This document shows, piece after piece, positions 47,401-55,690 of a DNA stretch of 64,000 nt. The position numbers were made by a program, and so were the translations under genes. The number at the start of each line of letters is the position of its first letter. Within the stretch, counting starts at the first letter, position 1. The notes under the pieces were generated by a model, which worked only from the letters and a program-made list of their open reading frames with translations, was not told where the DNA came from and searched no databases. Source of the DNA: an uncultured Synechococcus sp. (GTDB lineage Bacteria; Cyanobacteriota; Cyanobacteriia; PCC-6307; Cyanobiaceae); contig CAINZT010000103.1 of NCBI GenBank assembly GCA_903855705.1, positions 1,105 through 65,104 on the forward strand, read 5' to 3'.

Positions 47401-50400
47401 CGGCCGGGTTCCTGGTGCTGGCGGCCCAGGTGGCGGCCGAGGAGGGGCTGGCCCTGAGCTTTGGTCCCCTCAGCCTGGAGCGCCCCCTGCGCCTGGGCGA
47501 TGGCCCCAGGCAGCTGCAATTGGTGCTGGAGGAAGGATCCATCGCCTTCCATAGCCTTAATCCCGCCGAGCGGGCTGGCGGCTGGAGCAGCCATGGCCGC
47601 CTGGGCCTGACCCATGCCCCTGGCCCGATCAGCCCTAGCTCGGCTGGACTGGCCCCGGAAAGCGCCCCCTTCGCCCCAGGTTTGGCCCCAGAGGGCGCCG
47701 AAACCCTTGATACCGCTGGCTTCTACGCAGCCCTAGGCCGCTGCGGCCTGAACTATGGCCCCCGCTTTCGGGGCCTCAAGACGGTGAAACGCCAGGACGG
47801 CCGGGCCTGGGCTGAGCTGGTGCGCCCCGCCGCTGGCGGGGCCGAAGGCCTGCTGGACAGCTGCTTCCAACTGGTGGCCGCCAGCCTGGATCCGGAGGCC
47901 GCCGGCGGCCAGCTGTTCCTGCCCGTGGGCCTGGAGGCCCTGGCCCTGGCGACAGCGGAATGGCCCGAGCGGTTGAGCTGCGAGGTGCGGTTGCAAACCA
48001 ACCCGGAGCCGGCCCAGGTGCAGGCCGACCTGATCTGGCATGCCAACGGACAACTGCTGGGTTGGATTCGGGGCTTCCGCCTGCGCCGCCTGCCGCGCCA
48101 GGCGGTGGACTGGATGTTCCCAGCAGCCCAGCTGCCACCCCCAGAGCCGGCGCTCGATCCGGCCAGCTGGCTGATCCAAAGCCACTGGGAACCGCTTGCT
48201 AAGGATCCGGCCCAAGCCGTTGAAGTCCCCCAGTCGCCTTCAGCCCTAACCCGAGATCTGCCGTTGCTGGATCGGCCCCTGCTGATCGGTGCTGGCAACC
48301 AACAGGCCCAAGCCTTTGGGTCCTGGGCCAGCGCCCAGGGCCAACCGCCCTGGCGCCTTGGCTTTGGCGACCCCCTTCCCGTCGGCAACGGCCCTGTGCT
48401 GGTCTGGCCAGATCCGAACAGAGCCGAGCCCCAGACCTTGGCCACCCAGCTGCTGGCCCTAGTGCAGCAGCTCCAGTCCCCCGGGCCCCAGGCGCCGGCG
48501 GACTCCAACACCGCGCTTCCAGAGCAGGCAACTGGCCTTAGCACCTCAGGCCACCGGCAGCCCCGGCCCCTCTGGCTAGTGCTGGAGGGCGACGGCCCCT
48601 GGACCGGGGTGCTGGCGGGCTTTGCCCAAACGGCCGCCCTGGAAACCCCCCAGCTGGCCTGGACCCACCTGCAGCTCCCCGCCGATCCCCAGCAGCAGCC
48701 CCAGTCCAGGGACTGGGACCAGCTCTGGGCCCTGGCAACCACCGAAGCGAGCTTGCTCTGGCGTTCGGGCCAAATCCATGGGCAACGGCTGAAACGGCTG
48801 GCCCCTGAACGGTTCCGCTTCGTTAGTGAGGACCCCGGCCGCCTCGAAGCCCTAGTGCGCCAGCCCCTAGCGCCAACCACCCTGGTGAATGGCGAGCTGG
48901 AGCTGGCCGTGGAGGCCACCGGCCTGAATTTCCGCGACGTGCTCAATGCCCTGGGCCTGCTGGCGGCCTACGGGGAGGAGCTGGGCCTGGCCGAGGGCGC
49001 CCAGGTGCCCTTTGGCGGCGAGTGCGTGGGCCGGGTGGTGGCGGTGGGTCCCGGCGTGGATCCGGCCCTGGTCGGCCAGCGGGTGTTGGCGGCCCTGGCC
49101 GTGGGCAGCCTGGCCAGCCATGTCAGCTGCCGCTCCGAACTCTGCATCCCCCTACCAACCGGGCTCGATAGCGAAACGGGCGCCAGCCTCAGCACCGTGT
49201 TCCTCACGGCCCTTTACGGGCTGGTGCAGCTGGCCCGGCTCCAGCCGGGGGAAACGGTGTTGATCCATGCGGGCGCCGGCGGCGTCGGCCAGGCCGCCCT
49301 GCAGGTGGCCCGCCACTGCGGTGCCCGCATCCTGGCCACCGCCAGTGCGCCCAAACAACAGGGCCTCCTGGACCAGGGGGTGGAGGCCGTCTTCGACTCC
49401 CGCAGCCTGGCCTTTGCCGAGCAGGTGCGCTCCCATACCGGCGGCAAGGGCGTCGATGTGGTGCTCAACAGCCTCAAGGGGGACTGGGTCGATGCCAGCT
49501 TCCAGGCCCTAGCTCCAGGCGGGCGCTTCATCGAACTGGGCAAAATTGAGATCTGGAGCCGGACCCAAGCCCAGGAGCGCCGCCCCGATGCGGCCTACCT
49601 GCCCTTCGACCTGCTGGAGGTGGCCGCCGCCGAGCCCCAGCTGGTGCGCCAGCTGCTCCTCGACTTTTTGGCCGACCTGGAGCAGGGCACCTACCAGCCC
49701 ATTCCGATTGAGGTGTATCCGATCTCGGCGGTGCCGGAGGCCTTCCGGCTCCTGGCCCAGGCCCGGCACCGGGGCAAGGTAGTCGTGCGCCAGGACGAGC
49801 GGTCCGCGCCCCTGACGATTGGGTCCCAGGCCACATACCTGATCACGGGCGCCCTGGGAGGCATCGGCCTGCGGCTGATCGACTGGCTGGCCCAACGGGG
49901 AGCCACCTCCCTGCTGCTCGTCAGCCGCTCGGCTGGGGCACCCGCGCCGGAGGTCCAGCACCGGCTTCAGGAGCTGGAGGCCCGGGGCGTCCGCTGCAGC
50001 CTGGTGGCCCTCGATCTGGCCGCCGGCCCAGGCACAGCATCCACCTCCGTCCTGGCCGATGCGATCCGGGCCTTGCCATCCGAGCAGCCCTTACGCGGCC
50101 TATTCCATGCCGCTGGCGTGCTGGACGACGGCCTGGTCGGCGGCCTTACGCCCGAGCGGCTGGCGGCCGTGCTGGCGCCCAAGTTGGCCGGCTGGCAACT
50201 GGTGGAGGCCGCCATTGCCGAAGCGAAAGGGTCCGATGGTCTGGCCTTTTCCATCGCCTTTTCATCGCTGGCATCCTTGCTGGGATCACCCGGTCAGGCC
50301 GCCTATGGGGCCGCCAACGGGGGCCTCGATGCCCTCTGCCGCCAGGAGTTCGCTGATAGGGATGCCCTTGATGGGGAGGCCGCTTGTGGGGAGGCTGCTT

Positions 50401-52238
50401 TTGGGGAGGACGCCCATGGGGACGACGGCCCTGGTCAGCCCCTGCGGCTGGCGATCCAGTGGGGTCCCTGGGACGGGGCAGGCATGGCGGCAGGCAAAAC
50501 AAGACGCCTGGAAGGACTGGGCGTGGGACTCCTGCCGGCAGAAGGGGCTTTCCAGGCCCTGGACTTGCTAATGGAACGGGGCCAAGGCGGCGTGGTGGCC
50601 GTGCTGAATAACGATTGGATGCGCCTATGGGACCAGGCCGATTCCCGCCAGCGGCCCGTGCTGGCCCCCCTGCTCCAGGACGGCACCGGCGGAACCAGAA
50701 CCACGGCGGCCTCCCAAGCCGCGGCGGCCCTGGCAGTCCTGTTGGCCCGACTGGCGGAGGCGGCACCGGGCCAGGGAGTGGACCTAGTCCTTGAGCTGTT
50801 GCAGGAGCGCCTCGGCCAGGTGATGGGGCTGGCCGAAGGTCAGACGATCGATGCGGGCGAATCCCTGTTCCAGCTCGGCCTCGATTCGCTGATGGCCGTG
50901 GAATTCGCCGCCGGGCTTCAAGCCGACCTGGGCCTCAAGGTGGACTTCGAATCCCTCAGCGGCGACCCCAGCCTGGAGAGCCTGGCTGACCTGCTCCTGG
51001 CCGATTTGCAAATGGAGGGCGGAGCCCCCTCCAAAACGGGCCTGGACCTGGGCGAGCAGGCCCGGCTGGATCCCAATTGGCCCAGGCCTGATCGCGAGCT
51101 GCGCCAAAGCGGCTCCCCGGAGGCTCCAGGCGACGCGATCCTGCTCACCGGCAGCACTGGCTTTCTGGGGGCCTACCTGCTGGCCGGCCAGCTGCAGCGC
51201 TGGCCCGAGCTGCGGGTGCGGGCGCTGGTGCGCTGCCCATCGGCGGCTGAGGGCCTGGATCGGATCCGCACCAACCTGGAGCGCTACCAGCTTTGGCAGG
51301 ACGGCTGGCAGCAGCGCCTGGAGGTCGTGCCCGGCGACCTAGCCCAGCCCCAGTTCGGCCTCGAGGCCAGTGCCTTTGCATCCCTGGCCTCCGGCTTGGG
51401 CGGGATTCTCCATAACGGCGCCCAACTCAGCCAGATGGCGGGCTACGGCCAACTGGCGCCCGCCAATGTGGGAGGCACCCGCGAGGTGTTGCGGCTCGCC
51501 AGCCTGGAGCGGCCCCTGGCGGTGCAAATGATTTCGAGTGTGGCGGTGTTTGAAGCCACGGCCTACCGCAACCGCCTGATCCTCGAAACCGATGACCTGA
51601 CGGAATGGCGGGGCATCCACCTGGGCTACTCCCAAACCAAGTGGGTGAGTGAGCGGCTGGTGCTGGCGGCCGGAGCGACGGGCTTGCCGGTCAGCATCTA
51701 TCGGCCACCCCTGATCGGCGGCCATTCCCGCAGCGGAGCCTGGCATCAGGACGACCTGCTGCACCGGCTGCTGCAGGGTTGCCTAGAGCTCGGCCTGGCC
51801 CCGGACCTGGCCTGGGAGCTGGATCTGGTGCCCGTCGATTACGTGGCCGATGCGGTCACCGCCCTGGCCTGGCGGCCTGAAGCCGTGGGCCGCGCCTATC
51901 ACCTGCACCATCCCCAGCCAGTCATGCTGCAGGTCCTGCTCGAGCAACTGGTTGAGGGCGGTGCAGCCCTTGAGGTGGTGGCAATGGAACGCTGGCTCGA
52001 GGCCATTGAGGCCGATCCGGCGAATCCCCTCTATCCGCTGCGGGCCTTTTTCCACCAGCGCTGGGGCGATGACCAGCTCACCTATCCACAGCTCAACCAA
52101 CTAGGCCTGCGGGCCCGCCCCAGCGCCGAGGCCACCGTGGCGACCCTGGCGCCCCTGGGGGTGCGCTGCCCCAGCTTCACGGAGCTGATCGCGCCCTATG
52201 GGATGGCCCTGCTGGGCGCAAGCGCGAGCAGACGATGA
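44415..52238 (+). CDS. type I polyketide synthase, single module KS-AT(degenerate)-DH-ER-KR-ACP-thioester reductase
   Basis: KS: DTACSSSL (Cys codon 44997), EAHGTGT, NLGHGE. AT: GQGSQ (46137) but GHGAGE (46404-46421). DH: LADHAIRDQPVFPAAG (His 47370) and DSCFQ. ER: GLNFRDV, HAGAGGVGQAA (~49264). KR: ITGALGGIG (~49833), AAYGAAN. ACP: LGLDSLMAVE (Ser 50886). R: LLTGSTGFLGAYLL (~51138), YSQTKW. Start TTG 44415 (uncertain). Confidence 0.93.
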   Translation: MPPPIVPSLTSLPSVPSPEPIAIVGMGCRLPGGIGSPEAFWEFLRDGRDGITDVPASRWDLGQHFDPDPLKPLSQHVRRGGFIENIDQFDAAFFGISPREALCMDPQQRLLLEVSWRALEHGGQPLERLRGQPVGVFIGISSLDYSSLLWASSEHYATPDNEPFVLPGNTGCIAANRISYFLDLKGPSFTVDTACSSSLVAVHLACESLWRGESTAALAGGVQALIHPGIQMSFCKAGLLAPDGRCKSFDASADGYVRSEGAGVVLLKPLSEARRCGDPIVALIQGTAVNSDGRSNGMAAPNLKAQMACVRQAFARSGLEPAATQYVEAHGTGTRQGDPIELRALGTVLGEGRPSDQPCRVGSVKTNLGHGETAAGITGLIKAALCIQHRQIPASLHFRTPNPAIDFAGLKLQVQTALEPFPAPDQPAVVGVSSFGFGGTNAHAVLAEAPPPETGSLGGPPLPLQVLTLSARTSPALRATARRYLDLLRQRPSLALADLCASANQQRTAFQQRLVCLAQDRTDLERQLEAFAEGKATATENALAPKTTTTPEVAQSPLVAVAGRRPGKVAFLISGQGSQELAMARELYGRHPVFREAFDRAAALADPSLELPLKRVLLPDPGEEQQAALALQQTAIAQPAHFVVGYALSQLWASWGVQPDLLLGHGAGEVLAAHLAGVFDLADGIRLITARGQLMQALPADGGMDPMLAAFGQLLAQLNFSKPTRALVSSISGELAGAELTQPTYWCDQLLMPLRSAKGVETLRAQGANLFVDLGAGPSLMDLARQTLAGDPVPGQAALAQDSLFLPSLVPGPADWNVILGSLAQLHLRGLAVDWRGFHAPFAQRRVALPGYPFERQRHWWPASPGPLPGAHRWLDHLGLASVDQALGEPATTSNASLPPSQQQSLGLIPGGAPGPSQKASSNGWAGVQSQDFARSASTQLSPNGWAHSSPVAATSRTPQRLDLPPGRVHYQVTLDPSQQADLADHAIRDQPVFPAAGFLVLAAQVAAEEGLALSFGPLSLERPLRLGDGPRQLQLVLEEGSIAFHSLNPAERAGGWSSHGRLGLTHAPGPISPSSAGLAPESAPFAPGLAPEGAETLDTAGFYAALGRCGLNYGPRFRGLKTVKRQDGRAWAELVRPAAGGAEGLLDSCFQLVAASLDPEAAGGQLFLPVGLEALALATAEWPERLSCEVRLQTNPEPAQVQADLIWHANGQLLGWIRGFRLRRLPRQAVDWMFPAAQLPPPEPALDPASWLIQSHWEPLAKDPAQAVEVPQSPSALTRDLPLLDRPLLIGAGNQQAQAFGSWASAQGQPPWRLGFGDPLPVGNGPVLVWPDPNRAEPQTLATQLLALVQQLQSPGPQAPADSNTALPEQATGLSTSGHRQPRPLWLVLEGDGPWTGVLAGFAQTAALETPQLAWTHLQLPADPQQQPQSRDWDQLWALATTEASLLWRSGQIHGQRLKRLAPERFRFVSEDPGRLEALVRQPLAPTTLVNGELELAVEATGLNFRDVLNALGLLAAYGEELGLAEGAQVPFGGECVGRVVAVGPGVDPALVGQRVLAALAVGSLASHVSCRSELCIPLPTGLDSETGASLSTVFLTALYGLVQLARLQPGETVLIHAGAGGVGQAALQVARHCGARILATASAPKQQGLLDQGVEAVFDSRSLAFAEQVRSHTGGKGVDVVLNSLKGDWVDASFQALAPGGRFIELGKIEIWSRTQAQERRPDAAYLPFDLLEVAAAEPQLVRQLLLDFLADLEQGTYQPIPIEVYPISAVPEAFRLLAQARHRGKVVVRQDERSAPLTIGSQATYLITGALGGIGLRLIDWLAQRGATSLLLVSRSAGAPAPEVQHRLQELEARGVRCSLVALDLAAGPGTASTSVLADAIRALPSEQPLRGLFHAAGVLDDGLVGGLTPERLAAVLAPKLAGWQLVEAAIAEAKGSDGLAFSIAFSSLASLLGSPGQAAYGAANGGLDALCRQEFADRDALDGEAACGEAAFGEDAHGDDGPGQPLRLAIQWGPWDGAGMAAGKTRRLEGLGVGLLPAEGAFQALDLLMERGQGGVVAVLNNDWMRLWDQADSRQRPVLAPLLQDGTGGTRTTAASQAAAALAVLLARLAEAAPGQGVDLVLELLQERLGQVMGLAEGQTIDAGESLFQLGLDSLMAVEFAAGLQADLGLKVDFESLSGDPSLESLADLLLADLQMEGGAPSKTGLDLGEQARLDPNWPRPDRELRQSGSPEAPGDAILLTGSTGFLGAYLLAGQLQRWPELRVRALVRCPSAAEGLDRIRTNLERYQLWQDGWQQRLEVVPGDLAQPQFGLEASAFASLASGLGGILHNGAQLSQMAGYGQLAPANVGGTREVLRLASLERPLAVQMISSVAVFEATAYRNRLILETDDLTEWRGIHLGYSQTKWVSERLVLAAGATGLPVSIYRPPLIGGHSRSGAWHQDDLLHRLLQGCLELGLAPDLAWELDLVPVDYVADAVTALAWRPEAVGRAYHLHHPQPVMLQVLLEQLVEGGAALEVVAMERWLEAIEADPANPLYPLRAFFHQRWGDDQLTYPQLNQLGLRARPSAEATVATLAPLGVRCPSFTELIAPYGMALLGASASRR

Positions 52239-53620
52239 CCCTGACTCCGGCGGCGGCGCCCGGATTGGGGCTAGCCGTCACGTCTGGGGTCTCCATGGGG
52301 TTGCCCCCGATTGGCGAGCTGGCCTCCCACCTGGCCTTACTCCTGGCCTGGGCCTTGGTCCTCAGCCTCAGCCTGCAGACCCTGCTCACGGGCTGGTTTG
52401 TGATGCGGGTGCGCTGGTTGTTGCAGCAACGCCAGCGCTGGCCAACGGAACCCGCTGGCGGCTGGCCGGCGGCGGAGGTAGTGCTCTGCCTGCGCGGCGC
52501 CGATCCCAGCCTGGCCGGAGCCCTGGCAGCCCTCGCCTCCCAGACCTACCCAGGCCCCTGGCGCCTGCAGCTGGTGGTGGATTCCCAGGCCGATCCGGCC
52601 TGGTCCGTGGCTAAAGCCAGCCTGGCGGCCCTGGAAGCCTGCGGGCGGGCCGGCTGGCTGGCGGCCCAGCTCAGGCCCCTGGAGCAGCGCCCCCGCCGGG
52701 GCTCCCTCAAAAGTGCCTCCCTGCGCCAGGCCTTTGCGCACTTGCACCCCGATACGGCCCTGGTGGCCCTGGTCGATGCCGATGCGATCGTCTCGCCCCA
52801 GTGGCTGGCCAACCTGGCCCGGGCCTGCAGCCAGCCCGGGGTCGGGGCGGTATCGGGCAATCGCTGGTACCAGCCCCAGGGCCCCAGTCTGGCGGGACGG
52901 GTGCGGGCCGGCTGGAACGGCGGCGCCCTGGTGCTGATGACCCTGCTAGGGATCCCCTGGGGGGGCTCCCTAGCCGTGCGCCGCCAGGTAATCGACGCCG
53001 GCGCCTGGAGTGACCGGCTGATCAGCAGCCTCTGTGAAGACACCTCCCTAATCCAGCCCCTGCGACAGCTGGGCTGGCGCTACGCCTTCCGGCCCGAACT
53101 GATCGCCCTCGACCAGGACAACAGCCTGGCCTTCGCTGAGCTGGTCCCCTGGATCGGCCGCCAACTGCTCACCGCCCGGCTGCACCATCCGGCCTGGCCC
53201 CTGGTGGCCCTCCATGGCGCCGGTAGCGCCCTACTGCTCTCAGCCGCCGCCGCCTGGCTGCTGCTGGGCCGCTCCGCCCTGCTGGCTGGGGCCCTCGGGC
53301 TCTACGAACTGGGCTGCATGGGCCTGCTGCTCTGGATCGAAGCCACCGCCCTCTCGGCCCTGACCAGACCTGGGAGCGACACCATCCCCCGCCAGGCCGC
53401 CCCCATTTGGCGCCGGGCCTGGGATTGGCTGAGGGACCTCCCCGTGACCCAACTCGTCTACGCCGTCGCCTTTTGGCATGGCTGCTGGGATCGCCAGGTG
53501 GGTTGGCGCGGCGTCACCTACCGGGTGCTGGGACGCCGCGAGCCTGGAGGGCCAGGGGTGGAAGCCCTGGGCTGGGATGACGAACTCAACCGTTCAACAG
53601 GCCCCAGGTCCAGGTTTTAG
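52235..53620 (+). CDS. membrane-bound family-2 glycosyltransferase (ceramide-glucosyltransferase/GT21-like)
   Basis: The ATG overlaps the PKS TGA (ATGA). It has an N-terminal TM, the GT-A core VVLCLRGADPSL...VDADAIV (DxD ~52772-52792)...GNRWY...LAVRR, and C-terminal TM helices. Confidence 0.75.
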   Translation: MTLTPAAAPGLGLAVTSGVSMGLPPIGELASHLALLLAWALVLSLSLQTLLTGWFVMRVRWLLQQRQRWPTEPAGGWPAAEVVLCLRGADPSLAGALAALASQTYPGPWRLQLVVDSQADPAWSVAKASLAALEACGRAGWLAAQLRPLEQRPRRGSLKSASLRQAFAHLHPDTALVALVDADAIVSPQWLANLARACSQPGVGAVSGNRWYQPQGPSLAGRVRAGWNGGALVLMTLLGIPWGGSLAVRRQVIDAGAWSDRLISSLCEDTSLIQPLRQLGWRYAFRPELIALDQDNSLAFAELVPWIGRQLLTARLHHPAWPLVALHGAGSALLLSAAAAWLLLGRSALLAGALGLYELGCMGLLLWIEATALSALTRPGSDTIPRQAAPIWRRAWDWLRDLPVTQLVYAVAFWHGCWDRQVGWRGVTYRVLGRREPGGPGVEALGWDDELNRSTGPRSRF

Positions 53621-53632
53621 TCAGGCCGGAGC

Positions 53633-54265
53633 TCACCTAGCCAGCATCAGCCGCCTAAGGACCCCCATGGACTGGCGCAGATTGGCCTCATTGAGGTCGT
53701 CGTAGGTCGGCCGCAAAAAAGCGGGTAGATCGGGCTCCAGGTCGATCTGGTGTTGCACGAGCACACCAGCCCGCACAGGGGTCAAGCTCCACTGCCCCTG
53801 CAAGCTGAGAATGCGCTCGCCGCGGAGCATGCGATAGCGCATCAACCGGGGTGGACTTTCCTCGACCGCGAGCACGACCTTGATCGGCAGGCCGAAGGTG
53901 GAGGCGGCCTGGTAGGTCTGGGCGAGCTCCAGCTGGTTGCCGTGGCGGCTGAGCACCTTGGCCTGCTTGATGTCGGGCATCAGGCCCGCCATCGCTTCGT
54001 AATTGGTCAGCACGGCCCAGGCCCGGGCCTGGTTCACGGGCACAAAGAACTTGGCGGTGTAATGCCCCTTACTACCGATCAGGACCAAATCGCCTAACGC
54101 CTGGGCCATCTGACCGCCCGCGCCAGCCGGGTCGGCCCGGGCCCCTTGGCCTAGACACCACCAGCTCACGCCAGTGGCCACGCTTAGGATCAGCCCATGC
54201 AAAAGCAGCCACTGGAAGGGTCCAGCTGGCTGCTTGCCTAACGCCCTGGAGCCCCCCATGACCAT
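53633..54265 (-). CDS. SRPBCC (START/polyketide-cyclase-like) lipid-binding protein with N-terminal signal/TM
   Basis: ...KFFVPVNQARAWAVLTNYEAMAGLMPDIKQAKVL...LELAQTYQA...MRYRMLRGERILSLQGQW is typical of cyclase/dehydrase-type SRPBCC proteins. ATG 54265 precedes a hydrophobic segment. Confidence 0.65.
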   Translation of the reverse strand: MVMGGSRALGKQPAGPFQWLLLHGLILSVATGVSWWCLGQGARADPAGAGGQMAQALGDLVLIGSKGHYTAKFFVPVNQARAWAVLTNYEAMAGLMPDIKQAKVLSRHGNQLELAQTYQAASTFGLPIKVVLAVEESPPRLMRYRMLRGERILSLQGQWSLTPVRAGVLVQHQIDLEPDLPAFLRPTYDDLNEANLRQSMGVLRRLMLAR

Positions 54266-54289
54266 GTTTCTGCAGCGAATCAAACCATT

Positions 54290-55690
54290 GTGATTGGCTG
54301 GGGAACGGGGGAAGATCCATTGACTAAGGGGCCCTTGAAACCGCCATCTCAAGGGGCTTCGGCAACTGCTGATTCAGTTGTCCATCATTCCATTGGCTTT
54401 CCTTCCCCCAGCTCTGGAAGAACGACTCGGGCCGCAGCTGGAGCCCAGAACCTTGATTTAAAGCGCCGGCTCTATTTTTTAAGTGGTTTTGATCCCCGCG
54501 GCGCCTCCTTTTATTGGCGGCTCTTTGCAGAGGAAGTGGAGCACCGCAAGGCCAAGGGCGCAACGGGCGACGCCCAGGCCATCAAGCTGGTGCGCCGCAG
54601 GCAGGAGCGGGATCGCCTACTCAGCCGTTGGCGGATTCAGCCATCCCAGGCCTCCAGCCCGGGCGCCTCGACCAGCGGCCCCCGCCGCGCTGAAGATCCT
54701 GCCCAGGTGGGCCACGACCTTCCAGGCCATGGGTCGGTCCCGCCAAATCCAACCAGCCACGAAATCGCTTTCCTGCACTGGGACGACATCGCCCGCAGCC
54801 ACTGGCCTAGGCGCTCCTTGGCCATGGTCGGTGAGATCGCCGCGGTCTATCGCTGGTACCTGCTGCAAGGGGGTTTGCTGCGGATTGGCCGCCTCTGCCC
54901 CGGGGTGGCCCTTTGCGGCGCCTATCCAGGACTCTTCACCGCGCTAGCGCTGATGATTGCCCTGCTCGGCGGCGCTGGCCTGGGAGGGCTGACCTACGGG
55001 GCGATCCCGGCCGCAGGCCTGGCCTGGGGCGTCGCTGTGTTGGTAGCCCTAGGAACCACCTGGCTGCTGCTGCTGGCAGCCTGGGCCCTGGCCGATCGGC
55101 TCGGGGTGGTGTGGCTCTGGCGCTCGATCCGCTTCACCCACCGGCTCGGCCAGGCCCGCGATGGCGACCTACGCCTCCGGGTGGGCGAGCTGGCCCGGCG
55201 AATCCTGGAGTTGGAAGCGGAAGCCCCAGCCGAAACAGTGCTGCTAGTGGGCCATAGCTCCGGCTCCTTTGTGATGGCAATGGTGGCGGCCGAGCTGCGC
55301 CGCCAGGACCCGGGCGCTGCGCTGACGGGCCGGCTCAGCCTGCTCAGCCTGGGCCAGAACCTGGCCAACCTGGCCGTCTATCCCGGCGCCCAGGCCTTCC
55401 ACGCCGATTTGCAGGAGTTGGCCCAGGAGCCCCGCCTGCCCTGGCTGGATGTCACCAGCGCCGATGACCTGCTCTGCTTTGCCGGCGTCGATCCCTACCG
55501 CAGCTGCGGCCTGCCGGCCCCAACTGGCACCCCCTATCCAGAGCTGAAGATGGTGGCCCTGGCCCAACCCCAAACGCTCCTGGGGCGCCTACGGCTGGCG
55601 TTTCGGCAGTTCGATCTCCACTTCCTTTACCTGCGCCAGGCCCCAGCCAGCCACGGCTTTGATCCCCTCAGCCAGCTGCTCAAACCATGA
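54290..55690 (+). CDS. membrane protein with alpha/beta-hydrolase (GxSxG) C-terminal domain
   Basis: Central TM helices (LFTALALMIALLGGAGLGGL...GVAVLVALGTTWLLLLAAWAL) followed by LLVGHSSGSF (Ser codon 55255-55257). Non-ATG start (GTG 54290 or TTG 54320). Confidence 0.55.
   Translation: MIGWGTGEDPLTKGPLKPPSQGASATADSVVHHSIGFPSPSSGRTTRAAAGAQNLDLKRRLYFLSGFDPRGASFYWRLFAEEVEHRKAKGATGDAQAIKLVRRRQERDRLLSRWRIQPSQASSPGASTSGPRRAEDPAQVGHDLPGHGSVPPNPTSHEIAFLHWDDIARSHWPRRSLAMVGEIAAVYRWYLLQGGLLRIGRLCPGVALCGAYPGLFTALALMIALLGGAGLGGLTYGAIPAAGLAWGVAVLVALGTTWLLLLAAWALADRLGVVWLWRSIRFTHRLGQARDGDLRLRVGELARRILELEAEAPAETVLLVGHSSGSFVMAMVAAELRRQDPGAALTGRLSLLSLGQNLANLAVYPGAQAFHADLQELAQEPRLPWLDVTSADDLLCFAGVDPYRSCGLPAPTGTPYPELKMVALAQPQTLLGRLRLAFRQFDLHFLYLRQAPASHGFDPLSQLLKP

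Noticed and set aside
47753-48946. 397-aa minus-strand ORF (and many 60-220-aa ORFs) inside the PKS
   Set aside because: They are antisense or alternative frames within a continuous 2607-aa PKS ORF that has ordered catalytic motifs. Their translations are Ser/Arg/Pro/Gly-rich.
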